From assembly GCA_902604225.1 (NCBI GenBank), contig CACKXV010000001.1, positions 17,123-81,122 on the forward strand: 64,000 bases of DNA, in the 5' to 3' direction. Made by a program: the position numbers and the translations under genes. Below the pieces are notes generated by a model. The model ran no database searches. It was given only the letters and a program-made list of their open reading frames with translations, and had not been told where the DNA came from. This document shows positions 52,137-61,960 of this stretch, in pieces (positions within the stretch are counted from its first letter, which is position 1; every line of letters begins with the position of its first letter). This stretch comes from an uncultured Pelagibacteraceae bacterium (GTDB taxonomy: Bacteria; Pseudomonadota; Alphaproteobacteria; Pelagibacterales; AG-422-B15).

Positions 52137-52694
52137 TTATAATTTAATGTTATTTAAGAATTGAGATTTATTCTCTGATATCAGCAATTTTAAGTGCGAT
52201 GAAATACTAATCTTTAATTGGTCAACAATTTCCAACTCCTTTTTTTTAAAGTTGCCTAGAACATGCCTATTAACCAATTCACGACTTCCAGGGTGATCAA
52301 TTCCAACCCTTACTCTGTTATAGTTTTTACCTATACATGAGTCTATGGATTTTAACCCATTATGACCAGCGGGTGATCCACCATTCTTTATTTTTACTTT
52401 TCCAAGAGAAATATCAAGGTCATCGTGGAAAACATAAACTGAGTCTAGATTGAGTTTGTAAAAATTAACGAGTTTTGCAATACTGCCACCACATTCATTC
52501 ATGTAATCGCATGACTTAAATGTGAGTATTTTTTTTCTGCCGATAGAAAAAGTTGTTAAATCACCGTTGAATTTTTTTTCACTCTTAATAATTTCATTAT
52601 TATCATTGATTTCATCAATAACAATGAATCCTATATTATGTCTATTTAAGGAATGTTTTTCACCAGGGTTTCCTAAACCAATTAGAGCAATCAT
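52137..52694 (-). CDS. pth: peptidyl-tRNA hydrolase
   Basis: 185 aa with IGLGNPG...RHNIGF and GGSPAGHNGLKS motifs. Confidence 0.93.
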   Translation of the reverse strand: MIALIGLGNPGEKHSLNRHNIGFIVIDEINDNNEIIKSEKKFNGDLTTFSIGRKKILTFKSCDYMNECGGSIAKLVNFYKLNLDSVYVFHDDLDISLGKVKIKNGGSPAGHNGLKSIDSCIGKNYNRVRVGIDHPGSRELVNRHVLGNFKKKELEIVDQLKISISSHLKLLISENKSQFLNNIKL

Positions 52695-52739
52695 ACGTTT
52701 AAGAATATAGAAATTATGTATTAGTTGAAAGGTAAAGTA

Positions 52740-53426
52740 TTAATCTTTAGCTTCTTCTTTTTTAGCATCACCAGTTGATGCTTCTTTAGCTTCATCAGTT
52801 GTTTCCGCTCCTTCTTCAGCTGCTTCTTCACCTTCTACAGGAGTTTCAGGTTCTTTGACAACAGTTGGCGCGGCAACTGATGCTACAGTAAAGTCACGAT
52901 CACTAATTGTAGGAGTAATATCGCTTGATAAATTTGCAGCTGATATCCTGATGGTATCGCCAATATCTAAACCATCTAAATCAAATACAATTTCTTCAGG
53001 AATATTATTTGCTGGACAACTTAGTTGTACAGTTCTTCTGTTAACATTAAGAACTCCACCACGCTTAAGGCCAGGAGATAACTCTTCATTGATAAATCGA
53101 GTTGGTATATCCAGCGTGACTTTTGAGTCTTCTGCCAATCTTAAAAAGTCCACGTGAATTGGTTGATCTGAAAGTGGATCAAACTGAACATCTCTGGGGA
53201 TTGCGAGATTTTTCTTACCAGCGATATTTAGAGAAATGATTCTTGTAAGGAACCCGCCCGAGTTGATTTCTTTTTGGACAGAAATTTTATCAAGGGAAAT
53301 ATTAAGAGACTCTTCACCCAATCCATAGATAACAGAAGGAATTTTACCAGAAGCAATGACTTTTTTTACTGCTGATTTTCCAGATTCTGCTCTTATTTCA
53401 GCATCTAAATTTGTTTCTTTTGACAT
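52740..53426 (-). CDS. rplY: 50S ribosomal protein L25 / general stress protein Ctc
   Basis: 228 aa with IPSVIYG, an L25 beta-barrel region and an acidic low-complexity tail. Confidence 0.9.
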   Translation of the reverse strand: MSKETNLDAEIRAESGKSAVKKVIASGKIPSVIYGLGEESLNISLDKISVQKEINSGGFLTRIISLNIAGKKNLAIPRDVQFDPLSDQPIHVDFLRLAEDSKVTLDIPTRFINEELSPGLKRGGVLNVNRRTVQLSCPANNIPEEIVFDLDGLDIGDTIRISAANLSSDITPTISDRDFTVASVAAPTVVKEPETPVEGEEAAEEGAETTDEAKEASTGDAKKEEAKD

Positions 53427-53477
53427 AATAATGTTGTGGTACTTAGATTAAATTTACTTATATGGCAAGCATATTAA

Positions 53478-54413
53478 TCAAAAATCAAACAGGCTGGATA
53501 CCGAGCTTTCTTCAGAGATTCTTTTTATCGCTTCACCTAACAGATTGGATACATCAATAGAACGTATTTTATTGCCATTACTTAATAAATCTTGATTGTT
53601 AATAGAATTGGTAATTACCAACTCAGTCAATTTTGAATTATTTATTCTCTCGAGAGCTTTTCCGGTAAGTACGCCGTGCGTTACGTAGGATGTTATGCTA
53701 TTAGCTCCAAGATCCATGATCCTGTTAGCTGCATTAGAAATCGTTCCAGCAGAGTCGATTATGTCGTCTAAAATAATACAGTCTTTTCCTTTAACATCTC
53801 CAATGATATTCATAACTTCGCTCTCACCTGGTTTAGATCGCCTTTTATCAACAATGGCTATTGAAGCACCGATTTTGTTAGCAATGGCTCTAGCCCTTAC
53901 AACTCCCCCAATATCAGGTGAAACCGCAACTAAGTTTCCAATATCATATTTTTCTTTTATATCTTTTGAAAAAACTGGTCCTGCAAAAAGATTATCAGTA
54001 GGGATATCAAAGAAACCTTGTATCTGTTCAGCATGTAAATCTAATGTTAAAACTCTATCAGCCCCAGCAGTTGTGATTAAGTTAGCAACTAATTTTGCAG
54101 ATATAGGCGTTCTAGGGCCAGGCTTTCTATCTTGTCGTGCATAACCGTAATAAGGAATCACAGCTGTAATTCTTTTTGCAGACGCTCTTTTTAGAGCATC
54201 CATAATTACTAGTAGCTCCATAAGATTATCGTTAGCAGGGTGGGATAGAGATTCTATAACAAAAACATCCTCACCTCGTATGTTTTCTTTAATTTCAACG
54301 TAAACTTCATCATCGGCAAACCTTTGTATGGAAGCGTTCGTTAAGTTCTCACCAAGATAATCAGAAACACTTTTAGAAAGAGGTAAATTACTATTTCCCG
54401 CAATAATTCTCAT
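53478..54413 (-). CDS. prs: ribose-phosphate pyrophosphokinase
   Basis: 311 aa with [21 protein letters not shown] and the PRPP loop [11 protein letters not shown]. Confidence 0.96.
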   Translation of the reverse strand: MRIIAGNSNLPLSKSVSDYLGENLTNASIQRFADDEVYVEIKENIRGEDVFVIESLSHPANDNLMELLVIMDALKRASAKRITAVIPYYGYARQDRKPGPRTPISAKLVANLITTAGADRVLTLDLHAEQIQGFFDIPTDNLFAGPVFSKDIKEKYDIGNLVAVSPDIGGVVRARAIANKIGASIAIVDKRRSKPGESEVMNIIGDVKGKDCIILDDIIDSAGTISNAANRIMDLGANSITSYVTHGVLTGKALERINNSKLTELVITNSINNQDLLSNGNKIRSIDVSNLLGEAIKRISEESSVSSLFDF

Positions 54414-55171
54414 GAATGATCTCCTTTTATAGTAATTGTTGAAATCATTCTACCATAATCATCCTCTTTTTTATGAAGCGACCGTCTGTAGCTGAAACAA
54501 AGGTGTTCGTCATTGTAAGTATCAATGTTGACAGTGTCTATGTTTCCAACGCCTTGCTCTCCAAGTTTAAATGTAATGAATTTTTTTAGGGAAAACTTAT
54601 ATTTATCCTTATTTATTTCGATAAAAAATTTTCTATTTCTTGTCGACTTGTCTACAAATATTTTGAAAAAGTCTGATTTCACGTCATATGAGCTTTGTCC
54701 AATACATGGCCCAATTGAACAATTTATATTGTTAATGTTTGCACCAAGGAGCTTCATACTTGATAGAGTATTTTCAATAATACCGTTCAGGGCTCCTTTC
54801 CAACCTGCATGACAAGCTCCAATAATTGATTTTTTTTGGTCAAAAAATAAAATCGGAGCACAATCGGCTGTCAGAACTGACAATATTATATTCTGATGTT
54901 TTGTTACTATGCCGTCACACTTATATTCTGTTTGCTGAAATTTAGGCTCAACTATTTTGCATATGTTTGAATGTGTTTGGTGCATTGTAATCAACTTAGA
55001 CCTTGGAAGATTGAAATACTTATGAATTATCTCTAAATTATCCTCTACCAATAGAGGATTATCATTTGATCCTTTGCCACAATTTAGTGATGAATATTTT
55101 TTTTTACTAAAGCCACCAATTCTTGAAAAAAAACAGTGATCAACGTCGCTTAAATTTTTTGAAAAAAACAT
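54410..55171 (-). CDS. pgeF: YfiH/PgeF family (laccase-domain / peptidoglycan editing factor) protein
   Basis: 253 aa with [15 protein letters not shown] and CHAGWKG motifs. Confidence 0.85.
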   Translation of the reverse strand: MFFSKNLSDVDHCFFSRIGGFSKKKYSSLNCGKGSNDNPLLVEDNLEIIHKYFNLPRSKLITMHQTHSNICKIVEPKFQQTEYKCDGIVTKHQNIILSVLTADCAPILFFDQKKSIIGACHAGWKGALNGIIENTLSSMKLLGANINNINCSIGPCIGQSSYDVKSDFFKIFVDKSTRNRKFFIEINKDKYKFSLKKFITFKLGEQGVGNIDTVNIDTYNDEHLCFSYRRSLHKKEDDYGRMISTITIKGDHS

Positions 55172-56200
55172 TTAAATTTCGACTTCCAATACCTTGAAAA
55201 GGCTTCCCATATGTTCATCATTAATTAATCGATTTAACTGTATTTTTATTTCCTCAGCTTTAGCTGGGTTTTGTTCACACAATTGATTTGCTCTTTCCTC
55301 AATGCCGTTCAATTTCAAAAAAGCTGATTGAGTGACAAATTTATACTCTAAAATCTTTTTATTTTTTAAGATACTTATCAAGCAATCAAAATTCACAAGA
55401 TAAGTAATGTCTTGTTTTCCAATATTATTTAATACATCGGTTTTTTTATGATTTTTAATTGACTGGATAGTGCTTTTTAAAGGATGTTTTATGTAGCCGT
55501 AGTCAATTAATAGAAGATGTCCTTTATTTTTTTCTAAAAAGTTGATGATTTGATTAAATACTTCAATTGTTTGTGGAGAGTATTCAAAGATTTGATTATT
55601 TTTTAAATCAAATCTAGATTTTACATATATTTCACTTTCACTTCTTGCAATTTCAATATCAAATTCAAAGTCTCCATCTAATGATTTTTTTACGACTGTC
55701 TCGTAATATGTGTTGTCTCTTTTTTTTAACTGTCTTAACGGAAGCGCATCTACAAATTCATTTGCGATAAAAAAAGAATATTGATCAGGATAATCACCAA
55801 TTACTGAATGAATTTTGCATTTTGGAAATTGCAATTTTAGATTTTCGATAAAATTTTTATTAATTTCATTGAAGTGAAGTGAAATATTTATTTCAGGAGA
55901 TAATTGTTTATTTAATACCCTTAAAATATCATTAATGAGAGTTCCCCTTCCAGGGCCTAATTCTATTAAATTAAAGTGTTTGATACTATTTTTATTTATA
56001 ACCTGAAGAATCTTGATTGCTATTGCTTCGCCAAACATTTGCGATATCTCAGGAGCAGTAATAAAATCACCTTTTTTACCAATAATCTCTTCAGAGACAT
56101 AATATCCATGATCTTTATCACCATGCACTAGTTTAATAAACTCATCTAAATATATGTATGGGTTTTCGTTAAGATATTTTAGCAACTTTTCTTTAATCAT
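55172..56200 (-). CDS. DUF185 SAM-dependent methyltransferase (MidA / NDUFAF7 homolog)
   Basis: 342 aa with GDFITAPEISQMFGE and ELGPGRGTL motifs. It sits between lgt and pgeF. Confidence 0.75.
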   Translation of the reverse strand: MIKEKLLKYLNENPYIYLDEFIKLVHGDKDHGYYVSEEIIGKKGDFITAPEISQMFGEAIAIKILQVINKNSIKHFNLIELGPGRGTLINDILRVLNKQLSPEINISLHFNEINKNFIENLKLQFPKCKIHSVIGDYPDQYSFFIANEFVDALPLRQLKKRDNTYYETVVKKSLDGDFEFDIEIARSESEIYVKSRFDLKNNQIFEYSPQTIEVFNQIINFLEKNKGHLLLIDYGYIKHPLKSTIQSIKNHKKTDVLNNIGKQDITYLVNFDCLISILKNKKILEYKFVTQSAFLKLNGIEERANQLCEQNPAKAEEIKIQLNRLINDEHMGSLFKVLEVEI

Positions 56201-57000
56201 TTTTTATTTACTAAAAGTAAGATGGTCAATCCAGCTATAATCATTGGTATTGAAAGCAACATTCCCATGGTAAAAAAGTTAGCAATATACCCAACTTGTA
56301 CATCAGGCTCACGAGTGAACTCTACAGAATATCTAAATACTCCATATAACAAGAGAAAGGCTCCAGAAACAAACCCGGGAGACTTGAGTTTATAATACCT
56401 AAAAATTAGAATATTTAAGATGATGAACAGCAATAGGCCTTCCAAGAATGCTTCATAGAGCTGACTGGGATGTCTAAATTGGTCGTCTGCATTTGGAAAG
56501 ATCATGCCAAACAAGAAATTTGCTGGCCGTCCATAAAGTTCACCATTAATAAAATTTGCTATTCGCCCAAAGAATATGCCAACAGGAGCAGAAACACATA
56601 TTAAGTCACTAACTTCAAAAAAAGAGCACTTAAAGTTTCTTGAAACAAGCAAAGTTGCAATTATGATACCTATCAATCCACCATGAAATGACAGTCCTCC
56701 TTGCCATAGGTAGAATATTTCTACAACGTTATCGCTATAGTATGCAAAATTATAAAATAATACGTATCCAATTCTAGCTCCAATTATAAGACCTAAAATT
56801 GAATAGAATACTAAGTCATCAACTAATTTTTCATTTATATTGGCTTTAACGTCATATATTTTTTTGTTAGAAGACAAGTATTTGATGTATCGCCAAGCAA
56901 ATATAAAACCCACGATGTACGCTAATGAGTACCATCTAATTTCAAGTGGACCTACTGAGAAAAAAATTGGACTAATAGATGGAAAACTAAGATAAATCAC
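56197..57000 (-). CDS. lgt: prolipoprotein diacylglyceryl transferase
   Basis: 267 aa with IRWYSLAYIVG, GGLSFHGG, GRIANFINGELYGR and HPSQLYE motifs. The start codon is GTG. Confidence 0.93.
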   Translation of the reverse strand: MIYLSFPSISPIFFSVGPLEIRWYSLAYIVGFIFAWRYIKYLSSNKKIYDVKANINEKLVDDLVFYSILGLIIGARIGYVLFYNFAYYSDNVVEIFYLWQGGLSFHGGLIGIIIATLLVSRNFKCSFFEVSDLICVSAPVGIFFGRIANFINGELYGRPANFLFGMIFPNADDQFRHPSQLYEAFLEGLLLFIILNILIFRYYKLKSPGFVSGAFLLLYGVFRYSVEFTREPDVQVGYIANFFTMGMLLSIPMIIAGLTILLLVNKK

Positions 57001-57099
57001 GCTATTTTAAATTTGATATAAGAATAACCTAACACCATTTATGTATAGTAGAAATAAAATATTAAATAAAGTTACAGACATCTGTATAAGTTTATATGA

Positions 57100-57127
57100 G
57101 ATCTCTTTATCTTTTAAAGAAGAGATC
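57100..57127. repeat. 8-bp perfect inverted repeat GATCTCTT / AAGAGATC with a 12-nt spacer in the lgt / proC divergent gap
   Basis: Read directly from the sequence. There is no adjacent U-run on either strand. Confidence 0.4.
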
Positions 57128-57182
57128 AAAACAATGAATAAATTTAAAGAAGATAGAAAAAATACATCAGCTCAAAAGTCAA

Positions 57183-58013
57183 ATGATAAATCTTAAAAAA
57201 CAAAAATTTCTTATTATTGGCGCTGGAAATATGGGCTACGCAGTGCTCAATTCATTGATTGAAAATAAGATATCATCAAAAAAAATCTTAATTATTGAAA
57301 AAAAAATCACACCAAAATTAAAAAAGTTAAAGTCAAAACATAATCTTAAAATTGTCAAAAATGTTCGGTTGCTTAAATATAAATTTGTACCATCTATTTC
57401 ATTAATTTCTGTAAAGCCAAATCAATTAAACGCTGCTGTCGACAGTTCTTTAGAAAAATTTTTGTCTAATTCTCTTATTGTGTCGATCGTAGCAGGAAAG
57501 AAAATTTCTGATTTAAAAAAAATATTTACTCTAAATAAAGGTATTGTGAGAGCTATGACAAATACCCCAGCATCAGTCAATATGGGTACAACTCTCATTT
57601 GTTTTGATAAAATAATTAAAAGTGATCAAAAGAAAATAGTTAGGAATTTCCTATCATTACTAGGGCAAATAAATGAAACTAAAAATGAAAAAGTTATTGA
57701 CGATTTTACAGCAATCTTTGGTAGTGGGCCTGCCTATATATTTCTTTTCATTGAAACGCTTATTAAAATAGCTGATAAGTCTGGGTTCAAAAATTCAAAA
57801 AATATGGTTCTTCAAACTTTTCTTGGGTCTCTTTTGCTTCTTTTTAATGAAAAAGACAGTCCGACACATTTAAAAAATAGTGTTACTAGTAAGGGAGGAA
57901 CAACTGAAGCTGCGCTTAAAATATTAGAAAACAAAAATGGCCTTAGTACTCTAATTTCTAAAGCCATAGATAAAGCAAAGAAAAGGTCCAGGGAGCTCAG
58001 TAAGGCTAATTAA
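57183..58013 (+). CDS. proC: pyrroline-5-carboxylate reductase
   Basis: 276 aa with IIGAGNMG, RAMTNTPA and SKGGTTEAAL motifs. Confidence 0.88.
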   Translation: MINLKKQKFLIIGAGNMGYAVLNSLIENKISSKKILIIEKKITPKLKKLKSKHNLKIVKNVRLLKYKFVPSISLISVKPNQLNAAVDSSLEKFLSNSLIVSIVAGKKISDLKKIFTLNKGIVRAMTNTPASVNMGTTLICFDKIIKSDQKKIVRNFLSLLGQINETKNEKVIDDFTAIFGSGPAYIFLFIETLIKIADKSGFKNSKNMVLQTFLGSLLLLFNEKDSPTHLKNSVTSKGGTTEAALKILENKNGLSTLISKAIDKAKKRSRELSKAN

Positions 58014-59302
58014 TTTTGTATTACTATAGCTACTTCCAAGCCACCTAAATAACTATCATGCAAACTTATTTTTCCGTTTATTGAGCCTAGTAGTGATTTA
58101 GTAGTTGCCAGACCTAAACCTGAATTTGTCTTGTTTTGATTTCTACTTTTGTCAATCCTATAGAAGGGCTTGAATACATTTGCTTTTTCTTCGTCATCGA
58201 TACCCGGGCCGTTGTCATGAATATTGATTTTAATCATTTTGCAATTCACCTCAGCTTTGATAATAATTTTACCTGCTTTATCAATCGCATTATTCAAAAT
58301 ATTTGTAATTGACCGCACAAATACATTTTCATTTACCGTTGCAGCCTCATCGTTGAGTACCTCTAGTTCAATTTTGTGGTTCCTAAAATGAACATCATTT
58401 TTAATTTTAATGATAGCTTCTATAGGGTTAATCACAGACCTATCTTTTGAATCATCAGAGGCTGCGAAATCAAGGTATTCAATTAGCATTTCATTCATAT
58501 GATTAATTTCATCATTAATATCTTTTTTTATATCCTTATTATCTAGTGTTTCTATTATTAGTTTCATTCTGGTCAATGGTGTCTTTAAATCATGACTTAC
58601 CCCAGCAAGCATTAGAGAGCGTTGATCAATTTGTTTTAATATTCGATTCTTCATTTTTATAAATTCTTTACCAGCCTGTCTAACTTCAAGAGCTCCTGAA
58701 ATTTTAAAATTATCTAACTCTTGTCCTTTACCAAATTGCTCCGCTGCCTTTGCCAAATTACTAATTGGTTTTACTTGATTTTTAAGAAATAAATAAGAGA
58801 TGAGAACTAATATAAGTGCGGATATAATCTGCCAACCAAGAAAAATATGATTTCGAGCAGTAGTTATTCTATCTTTTGGAAAAGTAAGCATTATAAATGA
58901 GGAATCAAATTGTATAATCACTTCAATTGTATCATTAAGCGTCTCTTTGATTGAAAAAGGATTTTCAATTCTTGTGGCTAGTTCTTGACTAAAACTATTA
59001 AGAATTTGCGAATTATAATTTTCTGTCTCATCAAAAAATCCTACCTTGTCATAAGTATTTACATCAAATAAAAATATTTCTTGTACATCTTTTATATTAA
59101 TTAAAGAACCTTGGCCTTCATCATATTGTCTAGCAACCATTTGTATTTCCATTGCAACTGACCTTGAAAGCCTATTGAGGGTACGCTCCCACAAACTATT
59201 ATAGTAGTAGGATAAAATAATTAATTGAAACATAACTATAGGAAACAAAACTATTAAAATTGTTCGGCCGAGTAAGGTTGTAGGAAGTAAATTTCTAAAC
59301 AT
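58010..59302 (-). CDS. sensor histidine kinase, EnvZ-like architecture
   Basis: 430 aa. It has two TM helices flanking a periplasmic segment, a HAMP region, the H-box VSHDLKTPLTRM, the N-box NILNNAI and the G-box GLGLA. Confidence 0.85.
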   Translation of the reverse strand: MFRNLLPTTLLGRTILIVLFPIVMFQLIILSYYYNSLWERTLNRLSRSVAMEIQMVARQYDEGQGSLINIKDVQEIFLFDVNTYDKVGFFDETENYNSQILNSFSQELATRIENPFSIKETLNDTIEVIIQFDSSFIMLTFPKDRITTARNHIFLGWQIISALILVLISYLFLKNQVKPISNLAKAAEQFGKGQELDNFKISGALEVRQAGKEFIKMKNRILKQIDQRSLMLAGVSHDLKTPLTRMKLIIETLDNKDIKKDINDEINHMNEMLIEYLDFAASDDSKDRSVINPIEAIIKIKNDVHFRNHKIELEVLNDEAATVNENVFVRSITNILNNAIDKAGKIIIKAEVNCKMIKINIHDNGPGIDDEEKANVFKPFYRIDKSRNQNKTNSGLGLATTKSLLGSINGKISLHDSYLGGLEVAIVIQN

Positions 59303-59305
59303 TAT

Positions 59306-59983
59306 CTAATCAATCCACAGTTCATATCCTGAACCTCTTTTTGTTCTCAAAAATCTAGGTATTTTGGGATTCTTTTCAATTTTCTTTCTCAACCTATTAA
59401 TACATACATCTAATGTACGTTCCTGCGAAAAATTTAACTCTGTTATTAATTGATCTCTAGAAAATGACTTGCCTGGGTTAGCGGAGAGGAGTTGCAAAAT
59501 TTTTAACTCATTTTGATTAAGCGATAAGTCTGCTGTTCTTCCTTTTATGGATCCACTTGATAAATCTATTACTATATTATCTAGTTGGATCTTACTTTTA
59601 ATATTTTTAGTCGATGTTTTATTAATTATATTTCTTATTCTTAGTAGTAATTCCTTTGGTTCAAAAGGTTTACTTAAATAATCATCAGCGCCAATTTCGA
59701 GTCCATGAACTCTATTCTCTGACTCATTCATAGCCGTTAGATGTATTATAGGCGTGAGAGATGACTGTCTTATATCCTTTGTGAGCTCGTAGCCATCTTG
59801 TCCTGGCATCATGATATCTACGATTAGTAGATCAAAAACTATATACTTAAGTAACTCTTTGGCCTCTTCTGCATTAGCAGCAGTAGAAATAACAAAGCCA
59901 TGTTCTATTAAATATGATTTTAAAAGGTTTCTAATTTTGTCATCATCGTCAACAATAAGTAAGTGTTGTAGATTTTTATTCAT
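59306..59983 (-). CDS. OmpR/PhoB-family response regulator
   Basis: 225 aa. The receiver domain has LIVDDDDKI and VDIMMPGQDG. The winged-helix output domain has TLDVCINRLRKK...GSGY. Confidence 0.9.
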   Translation of the reverse strand: MNKNLQHLLIVDDDDKIRNLLKSYLIEHGFVISTAANAEEAKELLKYIVFDLLIVDIMMPGQDGYELTKDIRQSSLTPIIHLTAMNESENRVHGLEIGADDYLSKPFEPKELLLRIRNIINKTSTKNIKSKIQLDNIVIDLSSGSIKGRTADLSLNQNELKILQLLSANPGKSFSRDQLITELNFSQERTLDVCINRLRKKIEKNPKIPRFLRTKRGSGYELWID

Positions 59984-60488
59984 TATTTTTTTCTGTTAAA
60001 CTGTTTACTACCATATTAAATCCCTGAACAGCGTTAGCCCCAGATTTAACATAAGATTTTGAGAGTTTGTCTATTAAAGGTTTAATAACGTCATTTAATT
60101 TTTCTTTAGCAACATCGGTGAGATATAAATTCTTTTTTCTGCCATCATCAGAATTAATTTTTTGAATAATAAATTTTTCTTTTAACAAAATTCTTAAAAC
60201 TCTATTCAAACTTTGTTTTCTGATATCAAGAATATTTAACAGTTCATTAAATATTATCCCAGGATTTAAGTTTATTATTAAAAGACACCTAATATCAGCT
60301 ATGCCAAGCTTTTCATCGTCTAAATTATTAAATATTTCTTTTTCAAATATTCTATTAGCCTCAAAAAAATTATTTAATGAAATTTTGATGCGGTCTTCAC
60401 GAAGATAGAGCAGAGACGATGCTTTGCTATTGGATGTATTTAAGTCAGCCACTATGACATAGTTACGATAAAAATATATATTAATCAA
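59976..60488 (-). CDS. MarR-family winged-helix regulator (PetP-like position); start uncertain
   Basis: 170 aa. It has a wHTH region (NELLNILDIRKQSLNRVLRILLEK..., DGRKKNLYLT). It overlaps the response regulator start by 8 nt. There is no N-terminal ATG; candidates are TTG at 60488 or GTG 12 codons downstream. Confidence 0.62.
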   Translation of the reverse strand: MINIYFYRNYVIVADLNTSNSKASSLLYLREDRIKISLNNFFEANRIFEKEIFNNLDDEKLGIADIRCLLIINLNPGIIFNELLNILDIRKQSLNRVLRILLKEKFIIQKINSDDGRKKNLYLTDVAKEKLNDVIKPLIDKLSKSYVKSGANAVQGFNMVVNSLTEKNNE

Positions 60489-60535
60489 GGAATTTTTCTG
60501 TTATGTAATCTATTCTTAAACTAAATAAAATATTT

Positions 60536-61417
60536 ATGGAAATACCACCATTTGACAACAGAGATGGCTTTATATGGATGAATGGCAAATTTGTTCCTTG
60601 GAATGATGCTAAATGTCATGTCATTACACAAGGACTTCATTATGCAAGTTCTGTATTTGAAGGTGAGAGGGCTTATAAAGGAAAAATATTTAAATCTGAA
60701 GAACATACGAAAAGACTGTTTAAGTCAGCTGAAACGGTTGGTATAAAAATCCCCTATACTCAGGAAGAAATTAATCAGGCCAAAGATGAACTGATAAGTA
60801 AGATGGGTTATCAAGATTGTTATGTTCGTCCAATTGCCTGGCGTGGAAGTCAACAGATGGGATTATCTACTTCTAATGCTGATATAAATGTTGCCATCGC
60901 AGTCTGGGATGATTGGGCATCATATTTCAAAATAGAAGATAGAAAAGCGGGTCTAAGGTTGATCACATCACCCTGGAAACGACCAGCACCTGATACAGCT
61001 CCATGTGAAGCTAAAGCATCAGGTCCTTATGTTATTTGTACAATGTCAAAGGAATATGCAGAGAGCAATGGTTACAATGACGCTCTTATGCTTGATTACA
61101 GAGGTTATATAGCGGAAGGAACCGGAGCGAACATATTCTTTATAAAAGATGAAACAATACATACACCTATACCAGATTGTTTTCTAAATGGTATCACAAG
61201 GCAAACAGTTATTGAGATGGTGACAAAAAAAGGATTTTCAGTTGAGGAAAAACATATAATGCCGGATGAAATAACTAACTATGACGAGGCTTTTTTAACT
61301 GGGACGGCCGCTGAAATCACTCCTATACAATCAATTGATAGCATTAAATTTAAGACTGGCGATGAAAGTCAAAATTTTCAGTTCATGCAAGACTATCACG
61401 ATCTAGTGAGATCATAG
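60536..61417 (+). CDS. ilvE: branched-chain amino acid aminotransferase (fold type IV)
   Basis: 293 aa with HYASSVFEGERAY, AKASGPY, EGTGANIF, GITR and LTGTAAEI motifs. Confidence 0.9.
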   Translation: MEIPPFDNRDGFIWMNGKFVPWNDAKCHVITQGLHYASSVFEGERAYKGKIFKSEEHTKRLFKSAETVGIKIPYTQEEINQAKDELISKMGYQDCYVRPIAWRGSQQMGLSTSNADINVAIAVWDDWASYFKIEDRKAGLRLITSPWKRPAPDTAPCEAKASGPYVICTMSKEYAESNGYNDALMLDYRGYIAEGTGANIFFIKDETIHTPIPDCFLNGITRQTVIEMVTKKGFSVEEKHIMPDEITNYDEAFLTGTAAEITPIQSIDSIKFKTGDESQNFQFMQDYHDLVRS

Positions 61418-61960
61418 TCAAAAAATATTTCTATAGTATTGATATCCACTATATACCGATGCGATCATGGCAATCCATAAAAGTGCTATACCAAAATTGT
61501 TAATTAATAATAAGCTGCTGTAAACATCAGCTAAGAGTATCAAAAATAAGCTGCCCATTTGAGCCGCAGTTTTATATTTAGCTAAATTTGATACAGGTAT
61601 TTCTTTTTTATTAACATCACTTGATGCATATTCTCTCAAGCCAGAAATAAATATTTCTCTAGCTATAATTAAATATGCAGGTATCAGATGTATTCCTAAC
61701 AACATCCCATCTGAAATAAAAGTAACTAAGATAAGAACTACGAAGAGTTTATCAGCGATGGGATCAAGCATTTTTCCAAAATTTGAAGTGTTTTTTGTCT
61801 TTCTAGCAATTAAACCATCAAGATAATCGGTAATCGACATCACAATAAATAAAACTATTGATAAGAAATTTATTAGATGTGAATCAGAGAAAATTAATAT
61901 TATAAGGACTGGAAGCAGTAATATTCTTGAAATTGTTAATATGTTTGGCAATTTGGACAT
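61418..61960 (-). CDS. pgsA: CDP-diacylglycerol--glycerol-3-phosphate 3-phosphatidyltransferase
   Basis: It has the CDP-alcohol motif DYLDGLIARK...GKMLDPIADK. The ATG at 61960 overlaps the uvrC stop (the track start at 61963 is TTG). Confidence 0.9.
   Translation of the reverse strand: MSKLPNILTISRILLLPVLIILIFSDSHLINFLSIVLFIVMSITDYLDGLIARKTKNTSNFGKMLDPIADKLFVVLILVTFISDGMLLGIHLIPAYLIIAREIFISGLREYASSDVNKKEIPVSNLAKYKTAAQMGSLFLILLADVYSSLLLINNFGIALLWIAMIASVYSGYQYYRNIF

Noticed and set aside
57041-57196. The 51-codon ORF upstream of proC as a UbiK/BMFP-like accessory protein.
   Set aside because: The sequence does not resemble the UbiK coiled-coil pattern as I recall it. It is shorter than that family and overlaps proC out of frame. 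It is kept only as an open question in the findings.
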